Shown: positions 9,852-18,769, counted from the first letter of the stretch. The stretch is DNA of 64,000 bases from Candidatus Saccharimonas aalborgensis (GCA_049288955.1 JBAQIS010000021.1:22364-86363); one strand, 5' to 3'. Numbers and translations: made by a program. Notes: a model not told the origin generated them from the letters alone.

Positions 9852-10565
9852 GTGAAACGTCTTGTAAAGAGTCATCAGCAACACTTTTTGAAGCATACGC
9901 GTCTCATCGCTGAGCTTATTGGTCATAGCACTATCCGTCCTCGTGATATGGTTGTTGATATTGGTGCGGGCAGCGGGGCGATTACTGCAGTCTTGGCACG
10001 TCGAGTGTGTCAAGTTATCGCTTATGAGAACGAACCTGCAGCGGCAAAAAAACTTCGAAACAATATGCGGCAATTTAAAAATGTTGAGGTTATCGAGGAA
10101 GATTTTTTGAAAAGCCCTCTCCCAACTGTGCCCTATAAGGTATTCGCAAATATTCCATTTTCCCAAAGCTCAGCCATTGTGCGTCGGCTCACCGAGGCGG
10201 AGGTGGCTCCACGCGCAATTTATTTGATTGTCCAAAAACAATTTGCGCGCAAACTCCTTGTCGAGAGTGACTATTTTCATGGCGCACTTGGTGTCTGTAT
10301 CGCGCCGTGGTGGCAAGCGCGGATTCGACGGCCCCTACGACGCACCGATTTTACGCCACCACCAGCAGTTGATACGGTGTTGCTCGAACTAAAACCACGA
10401 GAATCCGCTCTGTTGGCTCCGGAGCAACGCACTCTATTTGGTTCATTTGTATCGCGCTGCTATGCTGATCCGCAGTTCTATGCAACATGTCATGCGCCCC
10501 AAGACAAAAAGCCGTCACAGTTGCAACTGAGTGACTGGATTACCCTATTCTCTCGGATACGATAA
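9852..10565 (+). CDS. rRNA adenine N6-methyltransferase family protein (Erm/KsgA-like; Erm-like length)
   Basis: 237 aa; SAM motif VVDIGAGSGAIT, catalytic-region YKVFANIPF, N-terminal QQHFL (compare QNFL). Confidence 0.7.
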   Translation: MKRLVKSHQQHFLKHTRLIAELIGHSTIRPRDMVVDIGAGSGAITAVLARRVCQVIAYENEPAAAKKLRNNMRQFKNVEVIEEDFLKSPLPTVPYKVFANIPFSQSSAIVRRLTEAEVAPRAIYLIVQKQFARKLLVESDYFHGALGVCIAPWWQARIRRPLRRTDFTPPPAVDTVLLELKPRESALLAPEQRTLFGSFVSRCYADPQFYATCHAPQDKKPSQLQLSDWITLFSRIR

Positions 10566-10618
10566 TATGTAATCTTTGCCAGAAAATAGCTGAGAAACGT
10601 GTTTCGGATTCTATAGCG

Positions 10619-11899
10619 ATGTATAATTATGGGTATATGTCAAATAATCGAGTATCGGTGGTCTCCCACGGTGATTTCCTACAATCTTTTGCAAAGAATG
10701 TTGGTGATTCGTCCTCTGCGCGGTTATTTGCAATGCAGCTTGAGGTAACACCTGATGATAATGAAACAAGCTCGCTTGTCGTTGCCCTCAACTCTCTACT
10801 TAGTGCGCGAGAAGCAGGTGTGGATGCACGCATTGCTCTAGATATGCGCTATGCGCAGAGTGTAACGCGCGTAAACAACAGAGATTTTCCAAACTGGTGG
10901 CCGCTACTTACCAGAGAAGAGAAAATAATACGTCGGGAGAACGCATCAATTACATCAAAATGGCTGGAAAGACTCATGCGGGCAGATGCAATCGATGACC
11001 TAAGTCCACGTAGGCAGTCTGCGACTCACGCAACGAGAGCTCGCATTATCGCAAGCGGTCATATTGCTCAACACTGGGCAGCGGTACATCAGAAAGGTGG
11101 GATTTTATTAGGTGAAACGCCAGACGAATCTATTACTACACTAACGACTGGCAACCTAACAACTTCTGATGTAGAGACAATGAATAATCTTGCTGTAGAA
11201 TTTAAGGGACTAAGGGCACACAATATGGGTAGGTTTGTCACCGGACTGATAGCTCCTGGTGCACAACTAAGAAACGCTGGTGGCCATGTCTGGCGGAATA
11301 CATCTGAGGATTGGATAACGTTGATACATGATTACAACAATGTCGGTGATCCTGCTCGACTGCCTTTCATTCACACCGCAGCCGAAAAGCTCATTGATCC
11401 TGGGCGTAACGAAGTTGTTATTGATGGAGAGCTCGCTGTGCCAGAACCAGTGGTAGTTGTATATATTTCACAGTATTCTCCTGATGGTAAACTCGCCTTA
11501 ATGCTCGATAGGGCCCAATCCAAGGGTGCAACGGTCGTTATACCGCAACAACCGAAAGGAGACTATCGAAAAACAGCATTTCCTTATAACATTCAAGCAG
11601 CTCTCTCGCATATTAATCAAGTAGACTCTGGGCTATATTTACCGAATAGAGAAAAGCCATCGCATTTGAAAAGTCTGGTCGTAAAGTATGATGACGGTAC
11701 GGCCGCGATCCTATTTGGAAGTGACAATTATCTTACGCATATCCAAAAGTTTGTGCGCAATGAAGAGCTTGCGGTAGTGATGCAGATTGCACCTACTTCG
11801 AACGAAGAGCTTTTCGCGTATTCCCAGTTTATTCAAGAGCTGTTACGAGCGGGTGAGATAGATAACGCCGTATTTGATATGCTAAGAATCGTCGCTTAG
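10619..11899 (+). CDS. Phospholipase D-like (HKD motif) domain protein
   Basis: 426 aa; C-terminal SHLKSLVVKYDDGTAAILFGSDNY fits HxK(x)4D(x)6GSxN; degenerate first copy VHQKGGILLG...TTGNL. Confidence 0.55.
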   Translation: MYNYGYMSNNRVSVVSHGDFLQSFAKNVGDSSSARLFAMQLEVTPDDNETSSLVVALNSLLSAREAGVDARIALDMRYAQSVTRVNNRDFPNWWPLLTREEKIIRRENASITSKWLERLMRADAIDDLSPRRQSATHATRARIIASGHIAQHWAAVHQKGGILLGETPDESITTLTTGNLTTSDVETMNNLAVEFKGLRAHNMGRFVTGLIAPGAQLRNAGGHVWRNTSEDWITLIHDYNNVGDPARLPFIHTAAEKLIDPGRNEVVIDGELAVPEPVVVVYISQYSPDGKLALMLDRAQSKGATVVIPQQPKGDYRKTAFPYNIQAALSHINQVDSGLYLPNREKPSHLKSLVVKYDDGTAAILFGSDNYLTHIQKFVRNEELAVVMQIAPTSNEELFAYSQFIQELLRAGEIDNAVFDMLRIVA

Positions 11900-12035
11900 T
11901 AGGTTTAGCAGAAAACATTTTACAATTTTGTAGTAATGGTCATTAAGCCAAACCCGCAAGGGGGTAATTCACCAAAAGCACCGGGCCATATTAACCTAAC
12001 CAAGTAACAGGTCCGGGCTTCATTGTAAAAACGAG

Positions 12036-12077
12036 CCAATAAAATTCATAGATCGTGTGATCTATGAATTTTATTGG
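12036..12077. terminator. Perfect 19-bp stem / 4-nt loop hairpin
   Basis: CCAATAAAATTCATAGATC-gtgt-GATCTATGAATTTTATTGG; abuts the tRNA-Gln 3' fragment. Confidence 0.5.
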
Positions 12078-12096
12078 CTGGGGTGGAGGGATTCGA
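12075..12096 (-). repeat. Exact 22-nt duplicate of the tRNA-Gln 3' end (T-loop to CCA), att-like
   Basis: tggctggggtggagggattcga is identical to 12284-12305. Confidence 0.8.
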
Positions 12097-12206
12097 CTCA
12101 CCTCTGGCGAGCCCGGAACTGCGCGTGACGAGCATGGCTCGTCCGGCAGATTCCCTTGCGAAATGCCACTGGCATTTCTCACCCCGAATGTGCTCGACGG
12201 CGTCGA

Positions 12207-12235
12207 GGCATTCGTGAGTTCGAATCGCCACCTCA
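12207..12235 (+). repeat. Degenerate tRNA-Gln 3'-half copy in inverted orientation
   Basis: GGCATTCGTGAGTTCGAATCGCCACCTCA versus tRNA TGCATTCGGGGGTTCGAATCCCTCCACCCCA. Confidence 0.6.
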
Positions 12236-12283
12236 ATACAATAGAAAATTCTCGTAGATCAGAAGACCTACGAGAAGTTTCTA

Positions 12284-12358
12284 TGGCTGGGGTGGAGGGA
12301 TTCGAACCCCCGAATGCATGGACCAAAACCATGTGCCTTACCACTTGGCCACACCCCA
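12284..12358 (-). tRNA. tRNA-Gln (anticodon UUG), CCA encoded
   Basis: Hand-folded cloverleaf: acceptor TGGGGTG/CACCCCA, anticodon stem CATGG/CCATG with loop TTTTGGT, T-arm GGGGG-TTCGAAT-CCCTC, discriminator G, CCA. Confidence 0.9.
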
Positions 12359-12388
12359 ATAGTTTGCGAAATGCCATGCGGTTGAGTT

Positions 12389-12418
12389 GTCGCCAAGAAA
12401 TAAGGTTTTGTTCCATGG
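12389..12418 (+). repeat. Degenerate tRNA-Gln 5'-half-like fragment, inverted
   Basis: GTCGCCAAGAAATAAGGTTTTGTTCCATGG versus tRNA GTGGCCAAGTGGTAAGGCACATGGTTTTGGTCCATG. Confidence 0.5.
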
Positions 12419-12455
12419 ACTCTTTTATTTGACTCGCGCATTGGCGCTCAAACAG

Positions 12456-12485
12456 CCATGCACCTTACCACTTGGCGACACCCCA
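12456..12485 (-). pseudogene. tRNA-Gln 5'-half pseudogene fragment
   Basis: Minus strand TGGGGTGTCGCCAAGTGGTAAGGTGCATGG matches tRNA positions 1-30, but no anticodon-stem partner, T-arm or acceptor 3' strand follows. Confidence 0.7.
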
Positions 12486-12587
12486 TTATCGCAACAGCAA
12501 ATTGCTTCAGCAGTATACCACGAGAGGCGTTACTATTGCTATCCCCCGCTTCTTAGCATATGCTATAGCTATAAACGAGGAGGATGT

Positions 12588-12803
12588 ATGGTAAAAAAAT
12601 ATATGCACGAGAGGCCTGTCCAAAAATCAGGTAATTTTCTGAGAACCTTGTTGATCTGGCTTGGTATCTTGATCGGTATAGTGACATTTGTCATTGAATA
12701 CGTTTGGCCTGGCAATGAAAAGATAGTTCTCTACCTATTCGCTGTGTTGGCAGTAGTATATGGTGTGGTGTTGCTTGATTTCGATGTTGATGACGATGAT
12801 TAG
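12588..12803 (+). CDS. Small membrane protein with acidic tail
   Basis: 71 aa from MVKKYMHERP; strong RBS GAGGAGGA 6 nt upstream; two predicted TM helices; ends DFDVDDDD. Confidence 0.6.
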   Translation: MVKKYMHERPVQKSGNFLRTLLIWLGILIGIVTFVIEYVWPGNEKIVLYLFAVLAVVYGVVLLDFDVDDDD

Positions 12804-12897
12804 TTAACTACCTATAGTGTTCGTTGTGACCTGCTTTTGCTTTTGATCTGCACGTCTGACGTGTACAATAATGACAATAGCGAGAGGAGCGTTGCGA

Positions 12898-14445
12898 ATG
12901 ACCAAAGAAACCTTTAGGGAGCCAAATTGGGATGTTATTCAGGGTGGCATGGGGGTAGTTGTCTCTGGCTATGGGCTGGCACGAGCTACTGGACGCAGTG
13001 CGGTTGGCATTTTCTCGGGTACGGCGATTGCCGAGGTACTTTCGCGGCGCTTACAAGATGGTGACCCCACCGGCGAGATGCGCGAGGCTTTGGCGACATT
13101 CCCCAATCAAGCGATTGCTGATCGCGCGATTAGGTTGTTTTTCCAGGAGCAGGGAGAACGACCATACGGCCAATCACTCCGGTATCGACAATTACCGATG
13201 TTCAATCACAACACACGTGAGGCCAGCATTACAGTCGATATGACGGTGCTAGGAGCATACGTCGAGGCCTATCTGGCGCGTATCGGTGCTGGCCCCAATG
13301 GCAAGACTGGGCTCAATCTCCTAACGAAACTTGATCGACCAAATATGCACGTGCTCGCTGGCGCAATGATGGGTGGTATCGATGTGGCCATCATGGGTGC
13401 CGGCATACCCGATCAGATACCAGAGCTGATTCATAAGATCAAACACAATCAAGGCGAGCCGATTTTGCATGGTATTCATACGCAGGGTCAGGGGCCGAGT
13501 CGGTTTGCGATGCCGCTCGATCTCGGTCGGTACGCGCCCGACCTTGATACAATGAATCATCCAGCATTTCTCGCGATCATTACTCATCATGATCTGGCGC
13601 GTCGCATGAGTGAGCAAGAATTTGCTCCCGATGGCTATGTCATCGAGGCGCCAACAGCGGGTGGTCACAATGCGCCGCCGCGCGGCAGTGCCAAAAACGA
13701 ACGTGGCGAACCGGTTTATACCGAGCAAGATCTCGCCGACCTCAGTCAGATGCTCGAAATGGGATTAACGTTTTGGCTAGCAGGTCAGCGCGGAACCCAC
13801 GAAGATTATGAAGATGCACTTCTGTCTGGTGCGCGCGGTGTGCAGGTGGGTACCGCCTTTGCGCTCGCTCAGGAGTCGGGCTGGGATCCTGAGCTGAAAC
13901 GGCGAATTATCGATGAAATTGCGAGTGAAAGCGGCCTTGATGTCTACACTGATCCCAACGCTTCGCCGTCTGGTTTCCCTATCAAAGTCGGGCGAGTACC
14001 AGGAACAGTGAGTGATGCCGACGTATATGCTGCTCGCCAGCGGATTTGCGATATCGGACACCTCCGTACCGCGCATCATGGAGTTGATGCTCACGGAAAG
14101 CCGACTATCGGGTATCAGTGTACTGCCGAACCCATGGAAGATTATCTACGGAAAGTCGGTGCCGCTGAGTTGCCGCCAGAGCATCCCAAGCGTCGTGTGG
14201 CGATGATGCGGACTGATGGCAGCGTATGTCTCTGTAATGCGCTTCTCGCCGCGGCAGGCTTTCCGCAGGTACGTGACGGGGTAGCGGAGCCCTCCATGGT
14301 GACCATCGGCGATGATGCAAATCGCTTCCTGCACCTCATCAATACTGATGAATCGGGCCACTTCGACCCCTATAAGCCCGTCACGGCTGAGCGCGTGCTG
14401 CACTTTATTCGTACTGGCGAAAAAGATCTTGATTACGGTATTTGA
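12898..14445 (+). CDS. Nitronate monooxygenase / FMN-dependent TIM-barrel oxidoreductase family protein
   Basis: About 515 aa; IEAPTAGGHNAP and GVQVGTAFA motifs; start placed at the ATG after the GAGGAG RBS. Confidence 0.7.
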   Translation: MTKETFREPNWDVIQGGMGVVVSGYGLARATGRSAVGIFSGTAIAEVLSRRLQDGDPTGEMREALATFPNQAIADRAIRLFFQEQGERPYGQSLRYRQLPMFNHNTREASITVDMTVLGAYVEAYLARIGAGPNGKTGLNLLTKLDRPNMHVLAGAMMGGIDVAIMGAGIPDQIPELIHKIKHNQGEPILHGIHTQGQGPSRFAMPLDLGRYAPDLDTMNHPAFLAIITHHDLARRMSEQEFAPDGYVIEAPTAGGHNAPPRGSAKNERGEPVYTEQDLADLSQMLEMGLTFWLAGQRGTHEDYEDALLSGARGVQVGTAFALAQESGWDPELKRRIIDEIASESGLDVYTDPNASPSGFPIKVGRVPGTVSDADVYAARQRICDIGHLRTAHHGVDAHGKPTIGYQCTAEPMEDYLRKVGAAELPPEHPKRRVAMMRTDGSVCLCNALLAAAGFPQVRDGVAEPSMVTIGDDANRFLHLINTDESGHFDPYKPVTAERVLHFIRTGEKDLDYGI

Positions 14446-14478
14446 CAGAGGTAGTATTACGGCGTAAGCTAAAGCTAT

Positions 14479-16533
14479 ATGTCACGATTCTTTTTGCCTA
14501 GTTTTGAAGGCTATAAGAGGCGGTATGTCAAATCTGACTTACTGGCGGCACTTGTCGTCACTGCCATCGCGGTACCTGAATCATTAGGATTCGCTGCGAT
14601 TGTTGGGCTTCCGCCCCAGGCTGGACTCTATAGTGCGCTTTTTGCCCCCATCGTCTTTGCTATTTTCGCCCACACCAGACGTCTTGTGGTCGGGGCCGAC
14701 TCAGCAACGGCGGCGCTTGTGGCGTCGGGTGCCGGTCTGGTGGCTGCCGCCGGAAGCCCCGACTATACCAATGCGATTGTCCTCCTGGGGTTATTGACAG
14801 CGGTCTTGCTGATACTGATGGGTGTCAGCAAACTCGGTTTTTTGGCAGATTTGATCTCGCGCCCTGTGCTGGTGGGCTTTTTGGCTGGTGTTGGTGTGCA
14901 ATTGATACTCGGTAAATTGCCGGAAATGCTCGGTATTGAGCAGTCTGGCAATTTACTGCAAAAAATAACAGGAATCATCGCTCACGCGGGAGCGATCAAT
15001 ACTATGACAGTAACCATATCGGTGCTTGTGGTAGGACTTATTCTCATCCTTAGGCATACGCGCTACCCAGCAGAGTTGTTGGCCTTGGTTGCGGCAACGA
15101 TACTCAGCAGTAGTTTTGCTGTCACTGCCTACGGCGTCAAACTTGTCGGTGCGTTGCCGGCTGGCTTGCCGACGCTGACAGTTCCTCAATTTACACCAGG
15201 ACTCGTCATGACACTGTTTCCGGCAGCACTGGCCATTGCGCTGGTTATTTTGGCGCAAAGTTCGGCAGTCATCCGTTCGCAGGCTGCTGAGCATGATGAC
15301 AAAATACGGCTTAACACCGATCTCGTTAGTCTTGGATTTGCTAACGCAGTCTCGGCACTCACGCGCGGATTCGCTATCAACGGTAGCCCACCGCGTTCTC
15401 AAGCTGCCGATATGGCGGGTGGCAAAACGCAGCTGGTCAATGTTTACATGAGTATCATGATCGGACTTCTCTTGCTCTTTGGATCGACACTCTTTGTACA
15501 TATGCCGGTTGCTGCTCTGGCTTCAGTTGTTTGCATGGTCGGTTTCCATCTGATTCGCGTGCAAGAGCTGGTCTATATCTGGCGAGCACATCGCACCGAG
15601 TTTTTCATCGCAATGATTGCGCTTGTCGGTGTGGCGCTTCTAGGGGTACAGCAAGGCGTGTTGATTGCGGTGATTGTATCATTGATGGAACGCCTCAGCC
15701 GTCAGTATCGACCGAAGGACGATATTTTGCTTCGTGATGGCAAATTGTCAGACTGGGCCCAACAACGAATTGATTCTCACCATCGCTTTCGGTCAAGCCC
15801 TGATGGCCTGCTTGTTTATAGTTTTGATGGTTCGCTCTTTTTTGAGAATATCAGCTATTTCGTATCGCGTCTCAAGGCGGCCATCAGGACCGCAAAAGAG
15901 CCTGTCCGCCAAGTAATTGTTGATGCGGGTGCGATTGAGAGTATTGATTATACTGCTGTCGAGGCCATGAAACAGCTTCATCGCCACCTGGGTATCGATA
16001 ATATAACGCTCGGTTTTGCCCACGTTTCGCCGCAGCTCCGAACGCAGTTTGATGAGTATGGAATGACAAATCTGCTTGGTAAAGAACAGATATTTCCGAC
16101 CCTCAATGCGGCTATTGAAGCGCATCCAGGAGCAACGAGGTCAGTGGTCGAAATGGTCAAACGGCTCGAACTCAACTCCGATCACTACGTCGTGATTGGT
16201 GGTGGCGTCATGGAAGTGCTGGGGTTGCGCACAACCCGTGATACCGATCTTGTCGTGAACGACGATATATATCGATTTTACCGTGACGAAAAAGGATGGA
16301 AGGAATACGTCCAGGATAATGGCAAAAAGATCCTTTCACATAACGGCTACAATCTCATGCGGTCGTGGATGGGGCGCGACCTAAAAGCACTTAGGAAGGA
16401 TGCATTCCAAAAGGATGACGTATCGTTTATGAGCGTCAAACAATTGATCGAATGTAAGCATCACCTTGGCCGCAAAAAAGACTTTGCCGATATTGAACTA
16501 CTCAATTCATCTCACCATGGGCGTGAACGATAG
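14479..16533 (+). CDS. SulP-family anion transporter with STAS domain, fused to a C-terminal nucleotidyltransferase-fold domain
   Basis: 684 aa; polytopic SulP core, STAS (LLVYSFDGSLFFENISYF...), then about 130 aa with YVVIGGGVMEVLGLRTTRDTDLVV and GRKKDFADIELL. Confidence 0.8.
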   Translation: MSRFFLPSFEGYKRRYVKSDLLAALVVTAIAVPESLGFAAIVGLPPQAGLYSALFAPIVFAIFAHTRRLVVGADSATAALVASGAGLVAAAGSPDYTNAIVLLGLLTAVLLILMGVSKLGFLADLISRPVLVGFLAGVGVQLILGKLPEMLGIEQSGNLLQKITGIIAHAGAINTMTVTISVLVVGLILILRHTRYPAELLALVAATILSSSFAVTAYGVKLVGALPAGLPTLTVPQFTPGLVMTLFPAALAIALVILAQSSAVIRSQAAEHDDKIRLNTDLVSLGFANAVSALTRGFAINGSPPRSQAADMAGGKTQLVNVYMSIMIGLLLLFGSTLFVHMPVAALASVVCMVGFHLIRVQELVYIWRAHRTEFFIAMIALVGVALLGVQQGVLIAVIVSLMERLSRQYRPKDDILLRDGKLSDWAQQRIDSHHRFRSSPDGLLVYSFDGSLFFENISYFVSRLKAAIRTAKEPVRQVIVDAGAIESIDYTAVEAMKQLHRHLGIDNITLGFAHVSPQLRTQFDEYGMTNLLGKEQIFPTLNAAIEAHPGATRSVVEMVKRLELNSDHYVVIGGGVMEVLGLRTTRDTDLVVNDDIYRFYRDEKGWKEYVQDNGKKILSHNGYNLMRSWMGRDLKALRKDAFQKDDVSFMSVKQLIECKHHLGRKKDFADIELLNSSHHGRER

Positions 16534-17318
16534 CGACTAAGCATGTCGATAATTGGTGGCAGAGGATGGTGCTCAACCAGTGTTGTCGGGTCAGTCGTCT
16601 TATATACGGCATCGTAAGCTGATTTCGTACATTCTGATAGCACGGTGGTCTCTCTTGGTGGCAGGTGGCGACTGAATCGATCGGCCTCTTTTGTAGAGGG
16701 CAATAACCCTACCGCGTGAGCAACGCCAGATACAAATGCATGAGTGTCCCGCGAAATATACTGTATCGAGATTCCTTGCTGTTTGGCATGAGCCAGTGAC
16801 TTGTGAATTGAGGGATATGGTACGACATCACCTAGGACGAGTCCCAAAAACTCTGCTTGATGAACTGATGCTGTAGCGAGGTCGGCAGTGTGTGTTAGGC
16901 GAGCTACTGCCTCAATATGACTACCTCGGACATGATGTTGGCGGGCGGTCAACATAACGCGCTCGCGTTCGTTTTCTGTGAGTGATGTCGCTAAGAGGAT
17001 GGCATCAACATCGCCAAAAAGGATACTCGCAAACGTATCTCCGTCGTGCCGGGTGTAGACGGAAATACTGCCATGACGACTCACGATGATAGAGGAATCC
17101 TTTGTACTTTCCCACTGCTTACGTTTGCTGAATGCCTGTCGAATTGCATCAAGCTGTTGGGGGTGAATAGTCCAAAAAGAGGGCTCAGATAGGTTTATCG
17201 TAACAAGGTTTTTGGTATCGACAATGATTGTGGCGATGCTTTTCACCTGCTTTTTTCGCGCGCTCCTACCACCTATGTGAGGAGGAAAGTAATACTCAAA
17301 TAGTTCGGCACTAGTCAT
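16512..17318 (-). CDS. Stand-alone P-type ATPase cytoplasmic (P/N) domain-like protein with degenerate motifs
   Basis: 268 aa, no TM segments; IIVDTKNLVT (compare DKTGTLT) and FLGLVLGDVVPYPSIHKSLAHAKQQGISIQYISRDTHAFVSGVAHAVGL (compare the hinge region ending TGD). Confidence 0.5.
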   Translation of the reverse strand: MTSAELFEYYFPPHIGGRSARKKQVKSIATIIVDTKNLVTINLSEPSFWTIHPQQLDAIRQAFSKRKQWESTKDSSIIVSRHGSISVYTRHDGDTFASILFGDVDAILLATSLTENERERVMLTARQHHVRGSHIEAVARLTHTADLATASVHQAEFLGLVLGDVVPYPSIHKSLAHAKQQGISIQYISRDTHAFVSGVAHAVGLLPSTKEADRFSRHLPPRETTVLSECTKSAYDAVYKTTDPTTLVEHHPLPPIIDMLSRYRSRPW

Positions 17319-17376
17319 AGAGGTAGTATAGCATAAGCAGGTTGCACTGATTTGGTCGGTAGTCTACACTTAGGTC

Positions 17377-17577
17377 ATGGCTACAAAATCAACCTCAAAG
17401 AAATCCACCCCTTCAAGGAAAGTATCAGCAGCCAAGAAGGCGCCCCAGAAAAAGCCTGTTTCGCGCCCAGTTGTTTCTGACAAGGTTGACTATTATCCCA
17501 ATCGCATGACGGTAGCTATCTCCATGCTGGCCGGCAGCCTCCTCGTACTATTGGCGCTGATTGCCGTATTGACGTAG
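17377..17577 (+). CDS. Small Lys-rich protein with C-terminal TM anchor
   Basis: 66 aa; basic N-terminus, hydrophobic C-terminus AISMLAGSLLVLLALIAVL. Confidence 0.5.
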   Translation: MATKSTSKKSTPSRKVSAAKKAPQKKPVSRPVVSDKVDYYPNRMTVAISMLAGSLLVLLALIAVLT

Positions 17578-17635
17578 TCCAGCAATAATTAAGAGTTATT
17601 CGCATCTCACTACCAACGGTGGTATAATCATAGGC

Positions 17636-18769
17636 ATGAAAGTTCGTATTGAGATTGACACAAAAACATTTGTACGGTTTTGGCTCGTAGTAATTGGGTT
17701 TGCATTTGCCATCCTCGCTCTCTATAGCGCTCGCATGCCGCTATTTATTATCGGAACAGCTCTATTTTTGGCGTTGGCACTAAATGGCCCGGTCTCATGG
17801 ATGGCGCGCCGCTTGCCTGATCGGAGTCGAACACTTAGCACAGCGATAGCTTTTATGGCGGTGATCGGCGTGCTAGCAGCAGTCGTGTTTTTGGTGGTGC
17901 CACCTATCGTCCAACAGACAGCAAAGTTCATTGATTCGGCACCAACACTAGTCAGAGAGATGTCAAATCAATGGCGCGGGCTTGGTAATTTGATCGAAAA
18001 ATACCATATTCAGCCTCAAATTGATCAGGCCGTTGCGGCGATTCAAGCAGATGCAGGACGTTTTGCGAGAGATCTCGGCGGCAATTTTATATCAGGCATT
18101 GGTTCGGCATTTGGCTGGATGATGGCGGCTACTCTCACGCTCGTCTTGACGTTTTTGATGTTGATCGAAGGCCCAACGTGGCTGAACCGATTGTGGTCAG
18201 TTTATAAGGATGACAAAAAAATCACTTCGCATAAGCGTCTTCTTGGTAAAATGCACGCGGTCGTGGAAGGCTACGTAGGTGGACAGTTGACGGTATCTGG
18301 CATTGACGGATTGTTCGCGGGACTGACAGTGTTTATTTTGAGCCAGTTTTTTCCTGAAGTACCTTCAAATCTAGCGCTGCCGACTGTTGCGATGCTTTTT
18401 ACGCTTTCACTTATTCCCCTCTTTGGTGCGCCGATTGGAGCGATGGTTATCACCCTGCTTCTTCTCATCAATAGCGTGCCAGCGGCGGTTATCTTTGCTA
18501 TTTACTTCCTCATTTACTCACAGATAGAGGGAAACTTCATCGCACCTACCATCCAATCGCGGCGGATTGAGCTTTCGCCGCTGGCGATTTTGGCCGCCGT
18601 TACTATCGGTATTTATGTCTTTGGCATTACTGGAGCGATTATCTCTATCCCCGTGGCGGGCTGTATCAAAGTACTCGTTGAAGATTATTTGGAGCGTTCA
18701 CGAGATCACCAAAAGCAGCAGCAAAAACCACTCGTCAAATTGGCAAAAAAGCTCAGTGGCGAGGATTAG
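17636..18769 (+). CDS. AI-2E family transporter (PerM/YhhT-like)
   Basis: 377 aa; about 8 TM helices with the central soluble insertion typical of this family. Confidence 0.7.
   Translation: MKVRIEIDTKTFVRFWLVVIGFAFAILALYSARMPLFIIGTALFLALALNGPVSWMARRLPDRSRTLSTAIAFMAVIGVLAAVVFLVVPPIVQQTAKFIDSAPTLVREMSNQWRGLGNLIEKYHIQPQIDQAVAAIQADAGRFARDLGGNFISGIGSAFGWMMAATLTLVLTFLMLIEGPTWLNRLWSVYKDDKKITSHKRLLGKMHAVVEGYVGGQLTVSGIDGLFAGLTVFILSQFFPEVPSNLALPTVAMLFTLSLIPLFGAPIGAMVITLLLLINSVPAAVIFAIYFLIYSQIEGNFIAPTIQSRRIELSPLAILAAVTIGIYVFGITGAIISIPVAGCIKVLVEDYLERSRDHQKQQQKPLVKLAKKLSGED

Noticed and set aside
12079-12237. The plus-strand sequence starts GGGGTGGAGGGATTCGAC, like the tmRNA 5' consensus (GGGG...GGATTCGAC). 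Its ends can form a 7-bp acceptor-like stem with a G-U pair.
   Set aside because: It is only ~159 nt, with no proper T-arm (GTGAG-TTCGAAT-CGCCA does not pair), no tag reading frame or resume codon, and no CCA. The resemblance is explained by inverted copies of the tRNA-Gln 3' end.
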